64,000 bases of DNA, taken from the IMG/VR virus record IMGVR_UViG_3300027608_000010; one strand, 5' to 3'. This document shows positions 29,198 to 38,153 of this stretch, one piece after another. The notes beneath the pieces are model-generated. The model was not told the origin of the DNA. It worked only from the letters and a program-made list of their open reading frames with translations, and searched no databases. How positions within the stretch are numbered: position 1 is the first letter of the stretch; each line of letters opens with the position of its first letter. The position numbers were made by a program, and so were the translations under genes. Source of the DNA: a virus (Duplodnaviria > Caudoviricetes).

Positions 29198-29442
29198 TCT
29201 TTAGTTGAACTTATAATGACCGTAGATGATTCTTTGTCTACGGTCATATATCCCTCACACGCAAAGTTCCAATCGTCTCCGCCTGCACCGTTACCAGTAA
29301 CTTCATCCTGTACAGGTACGTTAATCTTTACATGTTTAACGAGATATTCTACCCCATTCTCAAACACACGCCATGCGTGATCCACCGAACCACGGCCGGG
29401 TTGTCCCCTAGACTTGTTGAATCTTATATGATACTTGTTCAT
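29194..29442 (-). CDS. Hypothetical protein (MNKYHIRFNKSRGQPGRGS...)
   Basis: 82-aa ORF coupled to 29439..30071; the + strand has no competing ORF. Confidence 0.65.
   Translation of the reverse strand: MNKYHIRFNKSRGQPGRGSVDHAWRVFENGVEYLVKHVKINVPVQDEVTGNGAGGDDWNFACEGYMTVDKESSTVIISSTKD
29216..29247. terminator. Hairpin at a convergent gene junction (possible bidirectional terminator)
   Basis: atgaccgtaga-10 nt-tctacggtcat is an 11-bp perfect stem where the + and - genes converge. Confidence 0.55.
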
Positions 29443-30071
29443 ATAATAATAGGGCCCGCTTTTACTGGCTTAGTGCTAGGTCTAACACCAAGATTAAAGT
29501 GAACTAATCGTGTTGGGTCTTTACTAGGATTACGAGTAACGCTATGCGGTAACCAACTGTTAATAAAGTACATTCTTCCCGGTTGAGGAACAAACAATAT
29601 TGTTTCACTAGAATCAGTTATTTTATTTAAATTGGCTTCACGTAAATTAACCAATCTACGACCTTGTCTTGGGTCGTGAATAGCAACTTTACAACTATCC
29701 TTAGGTGTATCAATAAAATAGAATCCAGTAATTTGATTCCCATCACCGTGAACATGTTCTTCATGGCCTTGCATATAATGATGTTCTTGTGCCCACATTT
29801 CTGTAAAATATGTTTCCTTGTCACTCATAGCATGACCTTGATTATCTAAGATAGTCCAAGCACTTTGTGCTATAAAAGCAGTAAAATCACTAATCATTTC
29901 TTCATGGAAGATACTTTCAGTCTGTACCGGGTATATCGGGTTTACTTCAGACTTCTTTCTTTCAAACAGATATTGCATTGAAATTAGTGTAACCATGTCT
30001 AAGAATTCCGGTTTATCTACAGAATAGATTGTACTAGGAAAATGTTGATGGGGGGTTAGTGTCGTAGTCAT
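29439..30071 (-). CDS. 2OG-Fe(II) oxygenase (TIGR02466-like)
   Basis: WAQEH...HEEHVHG..ITGFYFID, IHDPR, PQPGRMYFINSWLPHSV, HFN. Confidence 0.8.
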   Translation of the reverse strand: MTTTLTPHQHFPSTIYSVDKPEFLDMVTLISMQYLFERKKSEVNPIYPVQTESIFHEEMISDFTAFIAQSAWTILDNQGHAMSDKETYFTEMWAQEHHYMQGHEEHVHGDGNQITGFYFIDTPKDSCKVAIHDPRQGRRLVNLREANLNKITDSSETILFVPQPGRMYFINSWLPHSVTRNPSKDPTRLVHFNLGVRPSTKPVKAGPIII

Positions 30072-30127
30072 AGATAATACTTATCTTTCCTAGGATATCC
30101 TCACAAATTTTAAACTTATGGATTTGT

Positions 30128-30135
30128 GATAAATA
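30128..30135 (+). promoter_or_regulatory. Late promoter-like GATAAATA
   Basis: Upstream of ATG 30156. Confidence 0.6.
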
Positions 30136-30155
30136 TAAGATATACGGAATTTACT

Positions 30156-33100
30156 ATGAAAATAAGTCATTTACAAGAAAATCTTACACCTTCTTCTGCA
30201 CCAAGCGCATCAGTTCCTGGACCTAAGTTTGGCCGCAGTGATGAAATGTTAGAGTCTGACACAGGATCTAGCGCAAGCACAACTGCAGGTACTATAGCTA
30301 CGAGAACGGGCGAACAGCGTAAAGGTAAAAAGAGTATATTTCAAGGTATCAAAAATGCAGGTGGATTTGCTAATAGCAGAAAAGCAGGTATTGTTGGTGA
30401 GGGTGCTATCAATGAAGATGACTTAAGCGAAGAACAACTACAAGCAAAGAAAAAACGAGAAGATTTATTCAACAGAGCAAAAGACCGCGATATAGGTAAT
30501 AAACCAAAGTCACGTGAAATCATGGCAAGAGAATCTGACACTGATGATAATCCTAAACCAGGTAGCTGGCAAGAAATAGCAAAATTAAATAACATTACTG
30601 ATCCTAGAAAATTACAAGCTGACAAGTCAATTACTTTACCTAACGGTGACAGTTATTATGTGAATAAAGGTGATACACTTAGTGGTATTGCACAAAGATT
30701 AAGAACAACAGTGTATCCACAATACGGAGAACCTGGATCATCTACTGAGAAAACATCTACTGGAGATTCATCTAGTTTAACTAAACCAGCAATGTATGTA
30801 GGTGGTGTTAATAAACGAATGGCCACGCCTGTTGTACAACCAGACCCAAGAGATTTAGAAAAAGGAAATAGTAGAGGCACACGACCAGATGTTGCGCTTC
30901 CACGATATCCTGATTCAGTATATGATTATAAACCAGAAGTATCAACATCTTCATCTAACACGATACATCCTCCGGGAACATCAATCACAGCTAAAATCAA
31001 AGATCCAAAAGCACCAAATTGGCCATTGGATGTGAATTTAACAAAAGGTGATGACGGTAAGTGGCGCAATGAAAAGGGGCAATTACATAACTTTAATAAA
31101 CCAGGCGATAAAGAACAATTAGAAAAGATGCCAGCACTCCCGCCAAATCAGTCTAGTGCTGAGACCAAGCGTCTTAATAGTATCCCAAAGAATAAAGAGC
31201 CTGATATTCATAGTCAAGCCGCACAAGATGCACAATGGGAAAAAGATAAAGAAAATATGGGCAATGCATGGGATGAGTTTAAAGGCTGGGTTAAGAAACC
31301 TAGGTCTTTTACTATAGTACCTGGAAAAGATAAACCTCCAGTTGATCCAGCACATGATATTGGTCAACGTGCAGGACTATCACCGGATGAAATAGTTAAA
31401 AGACTTAAGTCAGCACCTGGTGGTAAAGATGATACTCCACCAGCTAAACCTCAGAAATCAACGACAAGTAAAGCATCTTCTGCATCACCTAATCTTTCTC
31501 CTGACCACAAAGTTATTGCTGGAATAGAAAGCGGTAATAAAGATTATAAAGATGACGGCACTCCAGTTGTTTCTCCTAAAGGTGCACAGTTTGCAATGCA
31601 GGTTATGAAAGATACAAACAGAGATCCAGGATTTGGAGTAGTTCCAGCTAAAAATAATAGTCCTGAAGAATCAAACAGAGTTGGAAGAGATTATTTTGAT
31701 GCAATGATGAAAAAATATAATGGGGATAAGGAAAAGGCTTCAGCCGCATATAACGCCGGTCCTGGCAGAGTAGATAGTAAAATAGCAAAAGCTGAAAAAA
31801 CCGGTAAAGATTGGAAAGATTTGTTACCAAGAGAAACAAGAAATTACATAAAGAAATTCAATAAAGGAACTCAAGTGGCCTCAAGTAATGATGATACAAT
31901 GAATGAAGATATTAGTCAAAAATATGCAAGAGACTATGAATATATTCTTACTTACTTATTGTCTGAGGTAAAACAACTTCCGAGTAGACCATTTGATTTA
32001 CCACCATTAGAAGGTGGCAGTAAAATTACTGAATTATTAGAGTTTGATGTTAGCAGTGCTGCTAAACGAGCAGGTAAAAAACTTGTACCCGGATTTGGAT
32101 TCGTTGATGCTGGTATAAGAGCAAAAGACGGTGATTATACTGGTGCGGCGATCGGTACATTAGCAGGCATTGCTGGTTTAATACCGGGAGGTCAGGGAGT
32201 ATCATTGGGTGCAGATGCAGTAAATCAATTACGGGATTATGCTCAAGAAAAAGGTGGATGGGGTAACTTGGCCAAAGAAGTTGGACAATCAATGTCAGAT
32301 TATTATGGTCAGCAAGGTAACTTAATTCCCGAGGATCTAGAAATACTAGATGAGCAAGGATTTCTTAGATGGTTGGAAGAACAAGATTTACATAATTTAA
32401 GTGAAGCCGGGGGACTCCGAGGATTGGTCTGGGATGCTGTTAAAGCAGGAGCTGGGAAGTTAAAAAATTTAGTCAAACCTGCTGAAAGAGAAGTTGACAA
32501 TCTTAAAAGATTAGATCAAAGAGTAGAACCCGGATTTACACCTCCAGCTGTACAAGTTCCGCCTGCACCGACCGGAACAACAGCGGCAACTAAAGTGACA
32601 CCTCCAAAACCTGCTCCAGTTGATACCAGACAGTCACCGATACTTGGACCCGACGGAAAACCTCTTAACGTTCCTGTCAATCCCAAAATTACAAATACTA
32701 ATGTAGGTCCGGGAGGTAGCAGAGAAGCTCAAGCATATAGGGCACAACAATCAGCACCGGCAGCTCAAGCAGCACCAGTAGATAAACCACAACCAACAGC
32801 AGGCGTACTTAGCCCGGAAGACTCGGCTGCCATACAGGCCTTGAGAAGAAAAAATGCTCCTCAAGGCTGGGAACATGTAGTTGATTTCGGAAAAAACGCA
32901 ATTGGCACAGGGACCAAATTGGGCACAGGTGCCGGTCTCGGGGCATTAATATATAATTATGCACCGGAGATAAAAAAGAAATGGGACGATGGGGTGGATG
33001 CAGTGGGTTCTGCTTATAATGAATTTTTTCCAGCACCTCCAAACCAGGACGAGGTTCAACGACAGGTTGACGATTATACCAAGCCCAAGACACCACCAGT

Positions 33101-34259
33101 AGAAATAAAAAAGCCAGATAATGAAGTTACTAACGGAAAAGATACTGCACCACCAAAAATAGAAAAGTCAGATGATACTACTAACGGTAAAGATTCCGCA
33201 TCGCCAGACACTGACACGCCGGATGCTGACGAGGTTGCTAGACAGGTGAAAGCTATGACAGATAAAACAAACGAATCTACAGTATCACGTATGGTTGATG
33301 AGTATGAACAAATTCTTGAATCGTTAATGGGTAAGTTAAGTTTATCAGAAGAACGCACTGAAACTAAAAATGAAAAAGGTGAAGTTACGAGCTGGAGAGA
33401 TGAATCTGATTGGCGCAAGGTCAAAAAAGTTAAAGACGGCCGCGGTCGGGTAACAAATCTAAGCGATAAGGCACGTAGAGAAACCGAAACGCTAACACAG
33501 AAAAAAGATGTGACAGAAGAACAAGCTGTACCACTATCAGGAAAGATATCAGCAAGACCTAACCAGGATCCAAACTCATTTGAAGATTGGGATTATTACC
33601 ATCAAGGTAAACCAATACAACCAGGTACTGATATACACACAAAAGTAAAAGATTTACATATGCGTCAATCAGATCCAGCATATGATACAATGAGAAATGC
33701 ATTTGATAATCCTATACAACCAGGATCAACACTTCCCCAAGATCAATCAGGTGATACGATTATTCCATCACATCAGAAGCAGCCAAGAGGAGTAAAAGGA
33801 CCGAATGGTGAAAAATTTCAATTCGATACAGATGAAAAAGCAAAATATTTTTTAGACAACATGCAACGATTACATCAACAAGATCAAGAGAGAGAGAGTC
33901 CTGATGCGATCAGATCCGAATCAACAAGTGCTAAGAAGAAAGGCATGGGCGGACAAGTTGTATTCTCTGGTACAGGAGACAACGGTGGTAAGTATGAAAT
34001 CATCCAATCTGGAGATGATTTTATGATTCACGCCAATGGTAAACACATTGATTCTTATGGAAGTCTACAACGAGCAATGAGTGTTCTACAAAATGAAGTG
34101 CCAGGATTAACTAAAACTGTAGCAGAAGAAAAGCCAGGACTATGGGCTAATATAGCTGCCAAAAGAAAACGTATTGCTGCAGGTAGTGGTGAACACATGC
34201 GTAAGCCAGGCAGCAAGGGCGCACCAACAGCAGACGCATTAAGAAAGTCAGCAAAATGA
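30156..34259 (+). CDS. Large modular virion-internal (ejection-type) polyprotein with LysM and soluble lytic transglycosylase domains
   Basis: Leader MKISHLQE; LysM (YYVNKGDTLSGIAQ); SLT (IAGIESGN, SPKGAQFAMQVM, AAYNAGPGRV, ETRNYIKK); C-terminal basic peptide KPGLWANIAAKRKRI...; many xxE sites. Confidence 0.8.
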   Translation: MKISHLQENLTPSSAPSASVPGPKFGRSDEMLESDTGSSASTTAGTIATRTGEQRKGKKSIFQGIKNAGGFANSRKAGIVGEGAINEDDLSEEQLQAKKKREDLFNRAKDRDIGNKPKSREIMARESDTDDNPKPGSWQEIAKLNNITDPRKLQADKSITLPNGDSYYVNKGDTLSGIAQRLRTTVYPQYGEPGSSTEKTSTGDSSSLTKPAMYVGGVNKRMATPVVQPDPRDLEKGNSRGTRPDVALPRYPDSVYDYKPEVSTSSSNTIHPPGTSITAKIKDPKAPNWPLDVNLTKGDDGKWRNEKGQLHNFNKPGDKEQLEKMPALPPNQSSAETKRLNSIPKNKEPDIHSQAAQDAQWEKDKENMGNAWDEFKGWVKKPRSFTIVPGKDKPPVDPAHDIGQRAGLSPDEIVKRLKSAPGGKDDTPPAKPQKSTTSKASSASPNLSPDHKVIAGIESGNKDYKDDGTPVVSPKGAQFAMQVMKDTNRDPGFGVVPAKNNSPEESNRVGRDYFDAMMKKYNGDKEKASAAYNAGPGRVDSKIAKAEKTGKDWKDLLPRETRNYIKKFNKGTQVASSNDDTMNEDISQKYARDYEYILTYLLSEVKQLPSRPFDLPPLEGGSKITELLEFDVSSAAKRAGKKLVPGFGFVDAGIRAKDGDYTGAAIGTLAGIAGLIPGGQGVSLGADAVNQLRDYAQEKGGWGNLAKEVGQSMSDYYGQQGNLIPEDLEILDEQGFLRWLEEQDLHNLSEAGGLRGLVWDAVKAGAGKLKNLVKPAEREVDNLKRLDQRVEPGFTPPAVQVPPAPTGTTAATKVTPPKPAPVDTRQSPILGPDGKPLNVPVNPKITNTNVGPGGSREAQAYRAQQSAPAAQAAPVDKPQPTAGVLSPEDSAAIQALRRKNAPQGWEHVVDFGKNAIGTGTKLGTGAGLGALIYNYAPEIKKKWDDGVDAVGSAYNEFFPAPPNQDEVQRQVDDYTKPKTPPVEIKKPDNEVTNGKDTAPPKIEKSDDTTNGKDSASPDTDTPDADEVARQVKAMTDKTNESTVSRMVDEYEQILESLMGKLSLSEERTETKNEKGEVTSWRDESDWRKVKKVKDGRGRVTNLSDKARRETETLTQKKDVTEEQAVPLSGKISARPNQDPNSFEDWDYYHQGKPIQPGTDIHTKVKDLHMRQSDPAYDTMRNAFDNPIQPGSTLPQDQSGDTIIPSHQKQPRGVKGPNGEKFQFDTDEKAKYFLDNMQRLHQQDQERESPDAIRSESTSAKKKGMGGQVVFSGTGDNGGKYEIIQSGDDFMIHANGKHIDSYGSLQRAMSVLQNEVPGLTKTVAEEKPGLWANIAAKRKRIAAGSGEHMRKPGSKGAPTADALRKSAK
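33516..33770 (+). repeat. 255-bp dispersed repeat, copy 2 (copy 1 at 17942..18196)
   Basis: Begins right after aaagatgtgaca (KDVT|EE), a degenerate form of the GGTGTGGCGGA junction. Confidence 0.92.
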
Positions 34260-35791
34260 AAATTAAAGATATTCTATTAGAAAGCGCACAAGGCAAAATG
34301 GTGCGCGGCATGCTAGTACAAACACTAGACCAATTTGTAAAAACTAGTAAAGTAGAAACTGTTGAAGAGGAATTAGATACTGCACCATCTGAAGAACCTA
34401 AACAACAACCGGTAAGATTTAGTCCTTCAATCAAAGCAAATTATTCTGATCAACCAAAACAACAACCTACACAATTAGACCCATCAAGAAGTGGCTATAG
34501 TAAAATACTTAATCCAGATGATGTTGCTAAAATGGTTCATCACAAAAATAGTTTTGTTATCTATTATGAATATAAGGCTCCTGATGATCCAGGTAGAACA
34601 TTAGAAAAACGTGTAACAACTGAACCTATCTATATTCCTCAAGAAAGAATTGGTGAATTAACTGCACAAGCTAATGCATTTATTGAAGAAAAATTTCCAA
34701 CAGCTACTGATAAGGCAAAGAAAACTAAAGCATATTCAATATTAGGTCGCTTAATGGAAAAGTTAGCCGTTGATGAGGCTATTAAGAATAGTGCAGAAGT
34801 ACAATACGCACTTGAGAAGGGCGTATTACCACAAAAGTTAAAAGCAAAAGCATTTACCACTACTGGCGCAAAAGCATCAAATCCATCAGTGCATAAAGGT
34901 TCAGTTCCTATTCTTAATGAAGAAGGTGAAATCATTTATGATTTAGATGGATTGGCAGCAAGTATCACACGCCGACCAGATAGACTTTTAAAAGTAAATG
35001 CTAAAATGGTAAAGAGTTCCGGTGACTCAGTGCAAATGGCAAACATTGGTATTCCTGCTATTGCTGGATTGGTAGTGGATGAAAAGACAAAAACATTTAT
35101 TCGTATCAATACATGTCCGGGCGCAGGTAAATGTAAAGATTATTGTTATGCGACACGCGGTGGATATGTACAGTATGCCGCAAGTTCAGAAAGTCAAGCA
35201 AGAGTATTAAATTATTGGTATAATGATCCTGAAGGATTCAAACAACAAGTAATTGCTGAATTCAAAAAATTAGTCAAGCCGGGTGTTAAGGCATATTTAC
35301 GTTGGCACGATTCGGGTGACTTCTTTGTTGATGCATACTTACACTTGGCATTTGAAGTTGCACATGCTGTTCCTGATGCAACTATCTATGCTTATACAAA
35401 AATTGCTAAGGTTGCACAAGACCCAATGATGCCACCAAACTTCTTAATTAACTTTAGTGACGGTGCTAAACCAGATGAAACTAAACAAATTGATTATAAG
35501 AAAGTTAAACATAGTATCGTTGTTCCTGGCGAATTATTCAAAGATGAAAAATCAACTGGGATTGGTTTAGAAAAACTACAAAATCAAGATCCAACTGCAC
35601 AGCAAAAAATGAAAGAAGTGATTGGTAAACAATATGATGTTGATCCTAAATCAGTATTAACATATGATGAAATGATGGATATGCCTGAGGGCAGTAAACT
35701 AAAATACAATGTAATTGTTGTTCCGGGACTAGACGGCGACTTAGGCGCCGCACGTAGAGATATTTTAGGTAGCTACTTACTATATCATTAA
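34256..35791 (+). CDS. GP88-like protein with a Cys3 cluster motif and an MKIKDILLE| leader
   Basis: NTCPGAGKCKDYCYA, LRWHDSGDFF and YAYTK resemble the phage 'gene product 88' family. Confidence 0.65.
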   Translation: MKIKDILLESAQGKMVRGMLVQTLDQFVKTSKVETVEEELDTAPSEEPKQQPVRFSPSIKANYSDQPKQQPTQLDPSRSGYSKILNPDDVAKMVHHKNSFVIYYEYKAPDDPGRTLEKRVTTEPIYIPQERIGELTAQANAFIEEKFPTATDKAKKTKAYSILGRLMEKLAVDEAIKNSAEVQYALEKGVLPQKLKAKAFTTTGAKASNPSVHKGSVPILNEEGEIIYDLDGLAASITRRPDRLLKVNAKMVKSSGDSVQMANIGIPAIAGLVVDEKTKTFIRINTCPGAGKCKDYCYATRGGYVQYAASSESQARVLNYWYNDPEGFKQQVIAEFKKLVKPGVKAYLRWHDSGDFFVDAYLHLAFEVAHAVPDATIYAYTKIAKVAQDPMMPPNFLINFSDGAKPDETKQIDYKKVKHSIVVPGELFKDEKSTGIGLEKLQNQDPTAQQKMKEVIGKQYDVDPKSVLTYDEMMDMPEGSKLKYNVIVVPGLDGDLGAARRDILGSYLLYH

Positions 35792-35853
35792 ATATATGGA
35801 CAAAGTTTTTGAATTCTATTGGAAAAATAAAGGAAACCCACCTGGGAAATAAA

Positions 35854-36294
35854 ATGTTATCAGACGATTTAAAAATATTATTAGCTTCAACAGAAGCATT
35901 CTCATTGAAGTCACGAAACTTCCATTGGAATATTGAGGGAAGTGATTTCCCACAATATCACGCATTCTATGAGTCATTGTATACTGAATCATACGAGACA
36001 GTAGATAAGATTGCAGAATACATCAGGGTATTGGGTAGCTATGCACCAGCAAGTTTAACTCGCTATGCCGAACTATCAATCATAGAAGATCAAACATTGA
36101 TACCACGTGCTGAGTTAATGTTTACTGAAACTTATGTTGATATACAAAAAATGATTGAACTTGTTGTTGCAATGTTTGACATTGCTACAGAAGAACGTCA
36201 ACAAGGTATTGCTAATTTTATGGCCGAACTACAAGACTTCTATGGTAAGAAAGCCTGGATGGTTCGCAGTATTCTTAAAAAAGAACGTGAATAA
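35854..36294 (+). CDS. dps: Dps-family ferritin-like DNA-protection protein
   Basis: NFHWNIEG.DF.QYH..YE..Y......D.IAE.IR.LG; likely start ATG 35854. Confidence 0.88.
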   Translation: MLSDDLKILLASTEAFSLKSRNFHWNIEGSDFPQYHAFYESLYTESYETVDKIAEYIRVLGSYAPASLTRYAELSIIEDQTLIPRAELMFTETYVDIQKMIELVVAMFDIATEERQQGIANFMAELQDFYGKKAWMVRSILKKERE

Positions 36295-36299
36295 ATTAC

Positions 36300-37322
36300 A
36301 TGCACCTCAATGAAGTCACATCACCTCTAAAAAAGTTTAAAGTAACCGTAAAAGTTAACGGTTCTTCAATAAAAACGATAATTCATGCTGAGTCACAAAG
36401 TCAAGCAAGACAATTGTTGGTCAAGTTATACGGCAAAGACAATGTACAGTCAATCTCTGAATCAATTCATCATATTACAACAGATGAAATGGCTCTTAAG
36501 CAGTTTACACCAATGGGTGACTTTGAGAAACCTGGACCATTTAGAGGTGTTGATAAAAGATTAATACCTCATCCAACTAATCAATTAAAGACACAACGAT
36601 TTTTAGAAAAAACTCCCTATGATTTTAGATTATTTTTTAGTAACATTCCTGGCACAGGTCGTTATAGTGAATACGGCCCAATGGATTCAGAAAATGTAAA
36701 AATTATATTCGGAGATGCAGGCGAACAGATTATTGCTGGACATCAAGATGCAATCACTATTGTATTTGTTGGTAATAAAGGTGATAGTAAAGTAATGATG
36801 ACCCCATGGATTATGGCACATAGATTTGGTCATGCTATTCAAGCAGGTCATCGTAATAGTGGAAGTAGCAAATCAGGTGCATGGCCAGAAGCAGAACAAT
36901 ATTTCTTTAATACAGTTAATCAAGTGTTAGAACGTTGCTATGGTAAGATAGCAAAAGACCAATATGGTCGTCCTGCACGAAGCGGTATGTCATTTAATTT
37001 AACACCAGAATATAATGCATTATTCAATGCTATTGGCACACAACGTAGCAGTCGCAGTAATGAAATTAAAAGACCATATGAATTCTTGTACGAATTGTTT
37101 GCACAGTATCTAGGTACAGGAACAATCACATTAAACCCATTACCGACTAACTTAGGTTACGGTCGGCAAGCATGGGGAAATCCAAGTAAATACCTTAATC
37201 TAAAATCAGAATTTCGTGATGAAGAAACAAGACAATATGAATCTCAAGGTATGGGTGATGATTTAACCGAATACTTTGCTGAAGTTTTAAGAAGTTGTGT
37301 AGGCAATATTTATGTTATGTAA
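36300..37322 (+). CDS. Hypothetical protein with an MHLNE| leader and a zincin-like HRxGH motif
   Basis: WIMAHRFGHAIQ ... YEFLYELFAQYL. Confidence 0.5.
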   Translation: MHLNEVTSPLKKFKVTVKVNGSSIKTIIHAESQSQARQLLVKLYGKDNVQSISESIHHITTDEMALKQFTPMGDFEKPGPFRGVDKRLIPHPTNQLKTQRFLEKTPYDFRLFFSNIPGTGRYSEYGPMDSENVKIIFGDAGEQIIAGHQDAITIVFVGNKGDSKVMMTPWIMAHRFGHAIQAGHRNSGSSKSGAWPEAEQYFFNTVNQVLERCYGKIAKDQYGRPARSGMSFNLTPEYNALFNAIGTQRSSRSNEIKRPYEFLYELFAQYLGTGTITLNPLPTNLGYGRQAWGNPSKYLNLKSEFRDEETRQYESQGMGDDLTEYFAEVLRSCVGNIYVM

Positions 37323-37325
37323 TTT

Positions 37326-38033
37326 ATGATTCTATATACTCTAATAGTAACCCACATCACAATCATTTGTGTCACACTTTTCTTACACAGAGGTCAAGCA
37401 CACAAAGGATTAATATTTCATCCTGTACTAAGTCACTTTATGAGATTCTGGTTGTGGCTGACAACCGGTATGGTTACTAAACAATGGGTTGCTATACATC
37501 GCAAACACCATAGACATAGTGACGTAGAGGGTGATCCACATAGCCCTCATGTATATGGGATTATGAGAGTATTTTTTAAAGGAGCGATACTATACCATGA
37601 CGCAAGTAAAGATAAAGATATGGTTGATTCATATGGTGTTGGTACTCCTTCTGATTGGATTGAGCACAACTTATACAGTGCTCACTCCAGACTTGGCATT
37701 GGCATTCTCTTTTTGTTCAACACGCTAGTATTTGGATATTGGGGTATACTAATATGGTTAATTCAGATGATATGGATACCATTCTGGGCTGCCGGAGTAA
37801 TCAACGGCATCGGACATTGGTGGGGGTATCGTAATGGTGAAACTAAAGATAAAAGTAAAAACATTAGTCCTTGGGGCATTATTATTGGCGGTGAATGTCT
37901 GCACAATAATCATCATTTGGAACCCGCGAATCCTCGTCTTAGTCGCCGATGGTTTGAATTTGATATAGGATGGATGTACATTAATATATTCAGTAGTTTA
38001 CGACTATTGAAAGTCAGAAACACACTACCTTAG
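37326..38033 (+). CDS. Acyl-lipid/acyl-CoA delta-9-type fatty acid desaturase
   Basis: His boxes LHRGQAH, HRKHH..SD..GDPHSP and LHNNHH, plus transmembrane segments. Confidence 0.92.
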   Translation: MILYTLIVTHITIICVTLFLHRGQAHKGLIFHPVLSHFMRFWLWLTTGMVTKQWVAIHRKHHRHSDVEGDPHSPHVYGIMRVFFKGAILYHDASKDKDMVDSYGVGTPSDWIEHNLYSAHSRLGIGILFLFNTLVFGYWGILIWLIQMIWIPFWAAGVINGIGHWWGYRNGETKDKSKNISPWGIIIGGECLHNNHHLEPANPRLSRRWFEFDIGWMYINIFSSLRLLKVRNTLP

Positions 38034-38110
38034 GACCTTTGCGTTATAAAGTGTGGCCCGGCTGCTGGGCTGAGAAAGCGATTCGCTACCGTGGACTCAA
38101 AAGTGAGCAA
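38031..38110 (+). other. GC-rich intergenic element with several short hairpins (candidate structured RNA)
   Basis: gcccgg-ctg-ctgggc, agcg-att-cgct and ctca-aaag-tgag in an otherwise AT-rich genome. Confidence 0.35.
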
Positions 38111-38122
38111 TATCCTTTCTGA

Positions 38123-38130
38123 GATAAATA
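38123..38130 (+). promoter_or_regulatory. Late promoter-like GATAAATA
   Basis: Upstream of ATG 38154, preceded by AGGA. Confidence 0.6.
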
Positions 38131-38153
38131 CACTATTACTCAGGATTTTTAAT

